Part shown: positions 52,105 to 60,665 of the stretch, piece after piece | Position numbering within the stretch: position 1 is the stretch's first letter | Layout: every line of letters begins with the position of its first letter | From: an uncultured Gemmatimonadales bacterium | Lineage (GTDB): Bacteria; Gemmatimonadota; Gemmatimonadetes; Gemmatimonadales; GWC2-71-9 | Reading direction: 5' to 3' | NCBI GenBank assembly: GCA_963842945.1 | Contig: CAWJIM010000019.1 | Span: 256,001-320,000 of the forward strand | Length of the DNA: 64,000 bases | The notes under the pieces: model-generated | The model's database searches: none | Seen by the model: the letters and a program-made list of their open reading frames with translations, nothing else | Told to the model about the DNA's origin: nothing | Program-made: the position numbers and the translations under genes

Positions 52105-52898
52105 GAGGCGGCCTGGGTCATCGGCTTGAGATACCGATCGGTCACGATCATCAGCGCCTCTTCAGTCGAGAGCGAGACTCTGAGCTCGCCGGCTGTCACT
52201 CCGAACACCGCGCGCAAATGCATCTGCAGGGTTTTGGTCTTGCTGTAACCTAACTTGAGCGCCACGTCTTCGACGGTATACCCCGGGTCGAGCAGCAGGC
52301 GGTGGGCATAAAGCAGCCGGGTCAGCACCATCACCGTTCGGGGCGAAGGCAACCCCACCTTGGTAAACCACCGCTCGCAGGTCCGCCGGGTGAGCTGAGC
52401 CCGCTCGGCCAGAGCTGTGACCGTGGGCGCCTCGTCTCCTGCGTGCAGCATTGCCTCCAGCGCCCGAAGCAGCTCGCGGGGAAGCTGCTGGAGAGCCCCT
52501 CCCAGAGCTTGCATCACCTGTTGTGACGCGGATTGTTCCAACTCGGCTTGAATCGCGCTCCGGAGCGACGCGGGTGCGTCTTCGAACCGGTGGAAGACCA
52601 CCCGCCGGATTCCGGAGCGTCCGAGCTGGAGCAGCACGGATGCGGTGGCGGGAGCGAGCTCAGTGTAGACCAGGAGCGGCAAGGAAGGGAAGAGCAGCCG
52701 CAGCCGTTCTATTCCGTGGGCCTTGGCCTGACCACCGAGGAGGGGATCGACCACCGCCATTTCAACAGGCTTGGCCCGAATAGCGTCGACCACGTCGGGC
52801 CACCCAATCCCCGCCACCCATTGATAGCGGTCTGGATTGACCGAGCGAAGCCGGAGCAAGCGATCGGGAGGAACTGCTGCCAGGAGCAAATGTCGCAA
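52101..52898 (-). CDS. AraC-family regulator with N-terminal pseudo-receiver
   Basis: VTALAERAQLTRRTCERWF...YTVEDVALKLGYS; start uncertain (TTG). Confidence 0.85.
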   Translation of the reverse strand: MRHLLLAAVPPDRLLRLRSVNPDRYQWVAGIGWPDVVDAIRAKPVEMAVVDPLLGGQAKAHGIERLRLLFPSLPLLVYTELAPATASVLLQLGRSGIRRVVFHRFEDAPASLRSAIQAELEQSASQQVMQALGGALQQLPRELLRALEAMLHAGDEAPTVTALAERAQLTRRTCERWFTKVGLPSPRTVMVLTRLLYAHRLLLDPGYTVEDVALKLGYSKTKTLQMHLRAVFGVTAGELRVSLSTEEALMIVTDRYLKPMTQAAS

Positions 52899-52932
52899 AT
52901 CGGCCCCTATCTGTCGCAAATGGGCCCTAATA
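52891..52932. promoter_or_regulatory. 21-bp tandem direct repeat, candidate AraC-type operator
   Basis: TGTCGCAAATcGGCCCctATc / TGTCGCAAATgGGCCCtaATa (17/21); downstream TTGGCG-N17-TACAAA at 52955-52983. Confidence 0.6.
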
Positions 52933-53007
52933 ACACCAAACAGGCATCCCCAGATTGGCGCAGCACTCCCCTCCAGGTACAAAACGTCATCTGAAAGGGA
53001 CCCTTAC

Positions 53008-53151
53008 ATGTCTCGTTCCACGATTTACGGCCTGGTACTCGCCCTGATCGCCTCTGCCGCCCTGAGCACCGCGTGCACCCGTAGCGATACTACTGGCCCG
53101 TCCGATCAGCCGCAGGCGTCGCTCCGGGAGGGCCAGGGGGCCACGAACTAG
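53008..53151 (+). CDS. 47-aa small lipoprotein/peptide precursor
   Basis: AAGGGA RBS; MSRSTIYGLVLALIASAALSTA|CTRSDTTGPSDQPQASLREGQGATN. Confidence 0.7.
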   Translation: MSRSTIYGLVLALIASAALSTACTRSDTTGPSDQPQASLREGQGATN

Positions 53152-53196
53152 GCGATCGCCCCTGGCTTCCAAGGCGTGGACACCCACTGAAGCCGG

Positions 53197-54489
53197 CTAT
53201 ACGACGCCGGCCGCCGCGTATTCCCGCAGCCCCAGCTCGATCTCCCGAAGAGGAGAAATGTCGTCAAAGTGAGAGTTGGGCTGAGCGGCTGTTGGCGTTT
53301 CCACTTCCTCGCGCAGCTTCCGGATTGAATCCTCGACCTTGAAGTACCAGGCGTTCAGCTTGTGCTGCTCAGCGAATTGGAGCGCCACGGTCAGGAACAC
53401 CTCAGCGCGCTTGGTCTGGCCGAATCGGCCCAACCCGATCCCGAGTTTGTAGTTGTAGTCCACGCTCATGCTGGGGGACATGCAGTCGCGGTGCGCCTGC
53501 ACCGCGGCGCGCCAGCGCTCGAAGGCTACCCGGTTCCCGACCGAGGACTCCAGGTCCATGAGCTCAAGGAGGGCGTTGGCGCGGACCAGAACCCGGGCTT
53601 GTGACTTGGCCACAATCTCGAACGCGATTCGAGCGGCGTCGTAGGCCCCGATCTCGGACAACCCAAGCGCCAGGTCGCCCAGGCTGCGCATCCGCTCCAC
53701 CGGATCGGTGGTCAGCTGGAAGGCGCGATAATGAGCTTCAAGGCCTTCAAGACGTGAGCCTTGGAGGCTGTAGAGAACGCCAAGATCTGAGTATGCCATG
53801 ACCTGCACGTTGGTCAAACCGAGTGCTGTTGCCTCCTTCAAAACACTCTCGGCAATGGCCCGGGCCGCCGGAAGATTCCCTTGCCCGCGGAGCACTGCAC
53901 CACGGCCAAGCCGGCCGCGAAGTAGTGATGTCGGCTCGCCGATCCGGGCCGCGGTCTCTTCGGCGGCACCGTAACACCGGGTGGCCGCTTCCCACCGCGC
54001 GAGCTGCCGATTCAGCCTCCCAGCGAACAGGGCGTAGGCCGTGAAATCGCTGGGAGAAATGCCCTGCCCCTGCGCCCGCGCTGCGAGGGTGAGCATTTCC
54101 AGACTTTCCTCGAGCCGTGCCTCATGCTCCAGGAAGTAGGCGTAGGCGGTGAGATTTTTCCAAACACTCGGCGCAATGGCGGGGGCGAGGGGAATTGCCC
54201 CGACGATGCCAGTCAAGTGAGCTGTCTCAGGGGCGTTCTCGGGCAAATCGCCCACATGCCGGCGCACGGCTTGGAGCTGCCAGCGGAAGGCTTCGATGTA
54301 TTCCGGATTGGAGGAGAGCAGCAGCAGCTTGTCTACTAGACGGGCAACGACGTACGCACCCAGAGCAAGGCGAGCGGAGCCGTCATCGGCCTGCTCTCTC
54401 TGAACCCGGGCACGCTCGAGGAAGGGCTCGTGCGTGAGAATATCTGAAGACGACTCGACCTCACCGAACAGTTGCCGAGGCGTATACAC
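53197..54489 (-). CDS. Cytoplasmic TPR-repeat protein
   Basis: TPR-like helices (LGRGAVLRGQGNLPAARA; LGVLYSLQG; LALGLSEIGAYDAAR; LGIGLGRFG); no signal peptide. Confidence 0.78.
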   Translation of the reverse strand: MYTPRQLFGEVESSSDILTHEPFLERARVQREQADDGSARLALGAYVVARLVDKLLLLSSNPEYIEAFRWQLQAVRRHVGDLPENAPETAHLTGIVGAIPLAPAIAPSVWKNLTAYAYFLEHEARLEESLEMLTLAARAQGQGISPSDFTAYALFAGRLNRQLARWEAATRCYGAAEETAARIGEPTSLLRGRLGRGAVLRGQGNLPAARAIAESVLKEATALGLTNVQVMAYSDLGVLYSLQGSRLEGLEAHYRAFQLTTDPVERMRSLGDLALGLSEIGAYDAARIAFEIVAKSQARVLVRANALLELMDLESSVGNRVAFERWRAAVQAHRDCMSPSMSVDYNYKLGIGLGRFGQTKRAEVFLTVALQFAEQHKLNAWYFKVEDSIRKLREEVETPTAAQPNSHFDDISPLREIELGLREYAAAGVV

Positions 54490-54659
54490 GTGCGCTTCCT
54501 TCCGTGTTCTGCTGAGCCCTCGTGGGTACAGCTAGTATTGCGGCCCTGGGCGAGCCACACAAGGGCCGGCGTTTGCAGGCGGCTACGGTCCGCCCTTTGC
54601 CGCCTCGCATCGCACAAAAACGGTGCCGGTCGAGAGCGAGTCCCGTCTATTCTGGGCTC

Positions 54660-55091
54660 ATGAAACGAGGCTTTACCCTTCCGGAATTACTGCTGGTCCT
54701 TGCAACAGCGGGCATCCTGATGGGTATTGCCATTCCCCAGCTCTCCCACGCGTGGGATCGGGTGCAGGTCCAGGCCGCGGCGTCTCACCTGGTGGCCGCG
54801 CATCAGCGTGCCCGCATCATGGCCATCGCGCGCGGAGTACCGCTCACACTCACCATAGATTCGGCAGCGCTCACCATTACACCACGTTCCGGAACCGTCG
54901 CGCTTTGGGCGGAACCCGGCCCAACACTTTTCGAGGTGTCTCTCGCGGGCCCGGCCCGGCAGGTAACGTTTTCACCGGAAGGGTTAACGCTGGGACTCTC
55001 GAACGCCTCACTACACCTCGTGCGCGGGTCGGCCACTCGCACGGTTGTGTTTTCCCGGCTGGGAAGAGTAAAGGTCATGAGAGAGCGCTGA
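54660..55091 (+). CDS. FimT/GspH-like minor pilin
   Basis: MKRG|FTLPELLLVL N-methylation motif; VTFSPEG, SRLGRV. Confidence 0.88.
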   Translation: MKRGFTLPELLLVLATAGILMGIAIPQLSHAWDRVQVQAAASHLVAAHQRARIMAIARGVPLTLTIDSAALTITPRSGTVALWAEPGPTLFEVSLAGPARQVTFSPEGLTLGLSNASLHLVRGSATRTVVFSRLGRVKVMRER

Positions 55092-55257
55092 ACGCATGGA
55101 GGGCAGACGGCCCCTTCGGCGGGCGGCGGGCCCGGACGCCAGTTTTGGATCCGGGCCAGTTATTTCCACTTCAACCGGAGCCGGTCTGCCGAAAGACGGA
55201 GATCCACGTGGCACATGCTCGATTCCGTCATCTGGTACAGGATCACCGCCGGCCTCG

Positions 55258-55632
55258 TCAGCCGTCCTCCAGCTGGTACTTGCGAACTTTGTTGAGCAAC
55301 GTAGAGCGGGATATGCCAAGGATAAGAGCCGCCCGCCGCTTGTTCCCGGCCGTATGACGCAGGACAAGCGATAGGTGCCGCCGCTCTGCGGCTTCGAGAG
55401 AATCCGGCTCGGCCACGTCCGGCAAACTCAGCGCCTGCCGCACGGCCTCTCGGTTCATGCCGGGCTGCTTCAGATCCAGCAGCATCAGATCCACCTCGCC
55501 ATCCAGCTGCGCTGCCGCGCTGGCCGCAGAATCGGCGGCCAGGGTGGCATGCCCGCCTCCCCGGAGGATGGAGACGAGCTCCTCGAGGCAAACCGGGTCG
55601 TGGTGCATCACCAGGATGGTCATGGCTTTCAT
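55258..55632 (-). CDS. Degenerate receiver + Fis-type HTH protein
   Basis: DLMLLDL; LEAAERRHLSLVLRHTAGNKRRAALILGISRSTLLNK. Confidence 0.82.
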   Translation of the reverse strand: MKAMTILVMHHDPVCLEELVSILRGGGHATLAADSAASAAAQLDGEVDLMLLDLKQPGMNREAVRQALSLPDVAEPDSLEAAERRHLSLVLRHTAGNKRRAALILGISRSTLLNKVRKYQLEDG

Positions 55633-55650
55633 CGGTGAAGAATAGCTTCC

Positions 55651-56075
55651 ATAAAAACGGAACGGCCGTCTAGTCGTGGCTAGACGGCCGTCCCCCGCAT
55701 GGACTACCCAAGGTCGTGGCACTACTGCCGCCGTTCTTCTCTCACCTGCCACCGGTTGGCTGGTTCGCCGCTCGGGAGGGCACGGTGAAGCCTTGGCTTC
55801 GATCCCCAGGCCGGATGGCCATCCCACCTGGTTCGTCTATGGGAGCGCTGCGAGTCGGATCGGGTCGCGGACCGACCCTTCGCACTGCACCCCGAGGCGC
55901 TAGATCGGGGCGGATGAAGCACGCGACTGGCTTCATCTGTTTGAGCCGGGGTGATCACCAGGATCAGCGATTGCCTGAGCCCTTGGTTGCGTCGGCACTC
56001 TCCCCTGATATCCCGCTCAAACCCACTCGCAAGTCGCCCTGAAACCTGAGTCCCAGCACGTACCTGTAAGCGCGT
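55651..56075 (-). ncRNA. Putative ~420-nt structured RNA of unknown class (or long cis-regulatory leader)
   Basis: Consecutive hairpins; minus-strand TTGCGG-N16-TATCTT promoter; perfect 12-bp terminator stem 55662-55691 with U-rich tail; no credible ORF. Confidence 0.55.
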
Positions 56076-56153
56076 GAGCCTAAGATAGGAACCCGACAAA
56101 ACGCCGCAAGTGCCTATCTTTCTTCGGGTTACGACACTTGGCGTGGGGACGGA

Positions 56154-56240
56154 TGTGGATAGCTAAACACTGGGACCGGAGTACCATAACTCGGTCCATC
56201 CACAGAATGTGGACATGTGAATCCACATCGTTGTGGCTTA
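56154..56240. promoter_or_regulatory. Cluster of DnaA-box-like motifs
   Basis: TGTGGATAG, CCATCCACA, TGTGGACAT, GAATCCACA, TGTGGCTTA within 87 bp. Confidence 0.45.
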
Positions 56241-56798
56241 GTGGGAGGGTCCGGCGCTGACTCCGAGGGGTAAAACTTGGATGCCCATGGTGCCCAGGAA
56301 CTCGCGCAGCACCTGCTCGTAGCTTCGCATAGCGCCCTGAACCTTCGTCGCGCGGTCGTTGCCGTAGCCCCGTACCCGTTCGGCTTCTCCGGGCTTGCTC
56401 ATGGCAGCAAACTCGGTCTCGCAGGTGCCCAGAGCTTGGGTGAGATGGTCCATTGCTTGAACCAGCTCCTGGCGTCGCTCCACCTTGACCGGCTGACTCA
56501 CCTCGGTGCGCTTAACCGCCAACCGAGTTGGCGGAACCGTGCGGCCGGAACGAGCGCAGGCCTCGTACATCTGCTGCGCCCGGGAGAGCAGGGATGGTCC
56601 GGAGGCCTCCCGGTAATCCCGCTGCAGCCGTGCCGCCGCGCCGTCGACGGTCACCAATGAATCGCGGAGGACCAGAACGGCATCGCGCAGCGAAGCCCGA
56701 GCGGAGTCGAGTGGAGGAGGGGAACGAAGCACCGTCTGCGCCGCCAGTCGCTCTCCGCCCAGCATGGCCAACACCAGCAACCCAACCGTTCGTCTCAC
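56238..56798 (-). CDS. Hypothetical secreted helical protein
   Basis: GTG start, signal ending LAAQ; 186 aa. Confidence 0.65.
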   Translation of the reverse strand: MRRTVGLLVLAMLGGERLAAQTVLRSPPPLDSARASLRDAVLVLRDSLVTVDGAAARLQRDYREASGPSLLSRAQQMYEACARSGRTVPPTRLAVKRTEVSQPVKVERRQELVQAMDHLTQALGTCETEFAAMSKPGEAERVRGYGNDRATKVQGAMRSYEQVLREFLGTMGIQVLPLGVSAGPSH

Positions 56799-57405
56799 GA
56801 TTCCATCCCCACTTCGATATAGCGGTAATTGGGCTCGCCTCGACCGTCGAGAACAGGCAGCCTGCCGCGCCGGCGGCAAACCAGCCCGCCACCAGCGGGC
56901 GGGGAATGTCGAGTTGCTGGATAATCGGTCCAAGCCAGCGGCGCAGGTGCCGAATCTCGGGTGCCCGCCTGCCCAGCAAAGCAAGCAGAGCGCCGGCTCC
57001 GGCAGTGGCTCGTAGAAAGTGGGCCAGGCCGTGGGCCCGCTGAGTGAACTCGACCGCTTTGACTCCCGGCTCATCGAACAGAATGGCGCCCTCGAACACA
57101 TCCATGGGCGGAGCATCCAGCCGCGGCCCCAGGTAGACGTAGCGTCGGCCGTCCTGGGATTTACGCTCGATGACGGCGGCAGCGGTCTCGCTGGTGAGCC
57201 GGGCCGCATGGAGCAGGTCGTCATCCTGAAGGATTCCAACGGCGCCGGTCCACTCCAACGCTGCCAACGCGGTCTCGACCGGACACCCCAACGCATCGTC
57301 GAAAGCGAGCAGTCGGGGCGCCTCACCCGCGCGAAGCACGAAGTGGGACAGGCCTTCGGCCCGGTCCGTGAAAGTCCGGACGACCAGGGTTTGAGCAGAG
57401 GACAT
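56795..57405 (-). CDS. Hypothetical protein with internal duplication, frameshift near 3' end
   Basis: FTDRAEGLSHF vs FTQRAHGLAHF repeats; probable true end ...YRYIEVGMES* overlapping next start. Confidence 0.6.
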
Positions 57406-57423
57406 GAGAAGAAATATAGCGGC

Positions 57424-59412
57424 TTAAGGCACCAACTCCGATTTCGACTCCACCTTCACGATCCACAGACCGGAGTTGATATCGGGGACGTAGATCAATC
57501 CGTTCCGGTAAATCGCGCCCCACGCGTTCGGGGCGTTGGGAACCACGCCATCGCGATCCCCGGTGACCACGTGCGCCATCTCGCGACCCTGCCGCAGGAG
57601 GTCGCCCCGAAGCTCTCCGGAGATATCGATGACCCGAAGGCCGCCCTGGTAATCGCCAAGGTACAGCGTATCGCCGGCTACCCACACGTTGTGGCTCCCG
57701 CCGTCCTTCGGCTCGTAATAGGCGACTTCCCGGGGGCGTTCCAAATTCGATACGTCGAGCACGTGGAGCCGCCCGTAGGCCCGGCCCAGGCCCACGACCC
57801 CACCGCCCTCGGTCGGGCGTGGTGTAGCGGAAAAGACCTCGTCTCCCACAAAGACATACTTGCCCGCCCGCCAGGCGGTGTGGGTCCCCCGGATGAACCC
57901 CGGTCCGCCGACCGCTTCCACCTCGCGATACAGCGCGTTCAGATCGTACTTGTACTGAGCCACCAGCTGCGGCTTCTCCGGGCTTCCCTGCTTGATGCCG
58001 TTGCCTACATCGAGGATCACCAGGCCTTCATTCCAGTAGCTCAGATAAGCCAAACCATCCTTCACGTCTATATCGTGGAGGAAGTTGCCGGCCTCGTCCG
58101 GCCGGGTCTGCCAGCGAGCCACTTGTTTCGGCTTGTAGGGATCACGGATATCGATGACCCGGAGTGACCCGGTGGCATCATCGGTCAGGTAGACATGCCC
58201 CCGGTAGATGAACGTGCTGTGTACCCCGCCGGTGACCGTCTCGGTGAACTCGGCGATCGGTTTGGGATGCGCCGGATTCTCGAACGAGAGAATCACAATA
58301 CCGTTCTTCCGGGTGGACGCGCCCTCGCGGGTGAGTACGCCGTACTTCCCGTCTTCCGTCGTCATCACGTCGTTGATAGTGCGGGCGTCTACCACCACGG
58401 AGTCGGTGATGGCCGGCGCCGCTGGATTGCTTACATCGACGGCGTAGATCCGGTCGCCAATGGTGCTGATGTAGCCGTGCCGGCCGTCGGGATGGAGCCA
58501 GAACTCGGCGGCCTGAAGCTTCAGCGGAAGCCTTCCCACCAGCGTTGCCGGCCGACGGGCGTCCCGGGGCCGTACCTGTACCGCCGTCTCGGCAACGCGC
58601 CCGGCGAATCGGGCGGTAACCCGATAGCTGCCGGGAACGTCAGCCACGAAGGTACCGGCCGGCTCGATTTGCCCATTGCCTGGACTGAGCTCCCACTCAG
58701 GCATGATGTCGGGCAGAACCCGCCCAGCCTTGTCCCGGGCTCGGGAGGTGAATCGAACGACTTCGCCGGTTCGAGCGGAGGCCACCTCCGGCTCGATCTG
58801 CAGCGACACGACCGGGTTGGCGACCACCTCGATGGTCTGAGAGCGGGTCGCGTTTCCCGCCCGCGCGGTGACTGTGGCCCGCCCGGAACGCCCCGCGGTC
58901 AGCCGCCCCGTCGCGGCGACCGACACCACCGCGGGATTGTCCGACTTCCAGAGCACCTCGTCATAGCGCCGGTCGTTGTTGGCCGCGTAGGGCGTGGCCT
59001 CGAGCGTGAGGGTTTGTCCCTCATAAAGCCGGGAAATCTCGCGGTCGAACGAGAGCTTGGCCGCCGGCTGCGGCAGAACGGTGACCCGGGCAAAGCCGGC
59101 TGCCGGCGCACCTCCTGATTTGCGGCTGACCAGGGCGCTGACTGTCAGGGTCCCGGTCGATCCGCCGGTGACCAGCCCGGTGGAGTCCACCTTTCCCTCG
59201 AAATGCCCGCCCGATTGGAACCACCGTACCGTGATGTCCCGCTGAGGACGTCCGGCGGAGTCTCGCGCGCTGGCTCTGAGCCGTACGGTATCCCCGACTT
59301 GCAGTGCGACCTCAGCCGGTTCCACGGTGACTGCGGCAATCCCCGAGGTGGCGGAGGGTGACCCGGTCGGCTGCTGCTGCAGCGCGGCGACCATAGCCAG
59401 GAAAATCACCAT
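57424..59412 (-). CDS. Secreted Ig-like (Big_2) + LVIVD-repeat protein
   Basis: WKSDNPAVVSV...GRATVTA; LRVIDIRDP, GLVILDV, GLRVIDIS repeats. Confidence 0.85.
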   Translation of the reverse strand: MVIFLAMVAALQQQPTGSPSATSGIAAVTVEPAEVALQVGDTVRLRASARDSAGRPQRDITVRWFQSGGHFEGKVDSTGLVTGGSTGTLTVSALVSRKSGGAPAAGFARVTVLPQPAAKLSFDREISRLYEGQTLTLEATPYAANNDRRYDEVLWKSDNPAVVSVAATGRLTAGRSGRATVTARAGNATRSQTIEVVANPVVSLQIEPEVASARTGEVVRFTSRARDKAGRVLPDIMPEWELSPGNGQIEPAGTFVADVPGSYRVTARFAGRVAETAVQVRPRDARRPATLVGRLPLKLQAAEFWLHPDGRHGYISTIGDRIYAVDVSNPAAPAITDSVVVDARTINDVMTTEDGKYGVLTREGASTRKNGIVILSFENPAHPKPIAEFTETVTGGVHSTFIYRGHVYLTDDATGSLRVIDIRDPYKPKQVARWQTRPDEAGNFLHDIDVKDGLAYLSYWNEGLVILDVGNGIKQGSPEKPQLVAQYKYDLNALYREVEAVGGPGFIRGTHTAWRAGKYVFVGDEVFSATPRPTEGGGVVGLGRAYGRLHVLDVSNLERPREVAYYEPKDGGSHNVWVAGDTLYLGDYQGGLRVIDISGELRGDLLRQGREMAHVVTGDRDGVVPNAPNAWGAIYRNGLIYVPDINSGLWIVKVESKSELVP

Positions 59413-59465
59413 GCAGTTCCTCGAGGTAACCAGTGGAGGCGGACCCGGACGGGAGAATGTAAGTT

Positions 59466-59540
59466 AAGGACGGGAAGGACGGGAAGGACGGGAAGGACGG
59501 GAAGGACGGGAAGGACGGGAAGGACGGGAATGACGGGAAG
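59466..59540. repeat. Tandem 9-mer AAGGACGGG x7 plus one variant
   Basis: Read directly; lies in the divergent promoter region just before the ogt RBS. Confidence 0.95.
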
Positions 59541-59552
59541 GAGGAGTACCCG

Positions 59553-60074
59553 ATGAGGGTGGAGTGGACGTCCTACGACTCACCCGTCGGTCTACTGACA
59601 CTGGTAGAGTGCGAGGCGGGTCCGCTCGTCATCGAGTATCCCAATCGGGCGGTGACGATCAAATGGGCGGTCCGGCTCCGGGCTGCCGTGCCCGAGCTCC
59701 ACATCGCCCAGGGCAGTTGCCGGGTGACCAGCTCCTGGCTCAACGACTACTTTGCGGCATCTCCCAGCCCGACACCTTCCCTCGACCATCTGAAACACTG
59801 GTTCGATCTCTCGCCGGCGCAGATGGCCGTGCTCCGGGCGCTCCGCAAAATCCCCTTGGGCGAGACCCGCTCGTACGACGACCTCGCGCGCATCACCCAC
59901 CTCCACCCGCGACAGATCGGTTGGTTGGTTGCCGCTAATCACTTGGCCATTCTGGTTCCCTGTCACCGTGTGGTGGGGAAGGACGGAAGCCTGGTGGGCT
60001 ACGGCGGCGGGCTCGCCAAGAAGCGATGGCTGCTCGACCATGAGCTGCGAGCCGCCGGAGTGGTGTTGCGTTAG
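59553..60074 (+). CDS. ogt: Methylated-DNA--protein-cysteine methyltransferase
   Basis: DSPVG, IPLGETRSY, VPCHRVV, GYGGG..KKRWLL. Confidence 0.9.
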   Translation: MRVEWTSYDSPVGLLTLVECEAGPLVIEYPNRAVTIKWAVRLRAAVPELHIAQGSCRVTSSWLNDYFAASPSPTPSLDHLKHWFDLSPAQMAVLRALRKIPLGETRSYDDLARITHLHPRQIGWLVAANHLAILVPCHRVVGKDGSLVGYGGGLAKKRWLLDHELRAAGVVLR

Positions 60075-60222
60075 TTGACTGCCAGAGTGACAAATTTTGC
60101 AGCAGTGGGGGGCTCGCCTCTGGACCAATGGCTAGGGTCGACTCCATTGACAAAATCATTCCCAAGCATGACCTTATGGCATGCAATACGCTGTGCCGCC
60201 CTTCCATTTCTGAGTAAGCTTG

Positions 60223-60255
60223 AGCCGCCGGACGCTGATCCGGGCGGCTTTTTTT
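60223..60255 (+). terminator. Terminator-like hairpin upstream of csp
   Basis: AGCCGCCGGA-cgctga-TCCGGGCGGCT-TTTTTT. Confidence 0.7.
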
Positions 60256-60332
60256 AGGGGTTTTTAACCCGGCCAACCCGGCTGGGGGTTCCCCCCGGGG
60301 CCTGAGGGCTCCCTTTTCAAGAGGTTGCAGCA

Positions 60333-60533
60333 ATGGCGAAGGGTACGGTAAAGTGGTTCAATGATGCGAAGGGGTTCGGTTTCATCGCGCAGGATGGTGG
60401 CAAGGATGTATTTGTCCACCACACGGCAATCATCGCCGATGGCTTCCGCTCGCTTTCCGAAGGAGACAACGTGGAGTTCGAGGTGGTCGAAGGTCCGAAA
60501 GGGCTCCAGGCCTCGAACGTCCGCAAGGTCTGA
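60333..60533 (+). CDS. cspA: Cold-shock protein
   Basis: [25 protein letters not shown]. Confidence 0.95.
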   Translation: MAKGTVKWFNDAKGFGFIAQDGGKDVFVHHTAIIADGFRSLSEGDNVEFEVVEGPKGLQASNVRKV

Positions 60534-60573
60534 CTCCCCAGCGCCCTTCCCCTTGAGTCGTTAGTTCAAGTCG

Positions 60574-60602
60574 AGCCCCCCGCCACTCGTGGCGGGGGCT
60601 TT
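60574..60602 (+). terminator. Rho-independent terminator after csp
   Basis: AGCCCCCCGCCAC-tc-GTGGCGGGGGCTTT. Confidence 0.75.
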
Positions 60603-60665
60603 CGGCATCTCTAGTTCCCGCCCAACCGGCCGATAATCCTGCTATCTCGTCCAGGGTCTTGGCGC

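Noticed and set aside
55651..56075. Assignment of the structured region to RNase P, tmRNA, SRP, 6S or a known riboswitch
   Set aside because: Hallmark motifs were not found by eye; left unassigned pending an Rfam search.
56154..56240. oriC
   Set aside because: Boxes are degenerate, with no AT-rich unwinding element and no dnaA/dnaN/gidA context.
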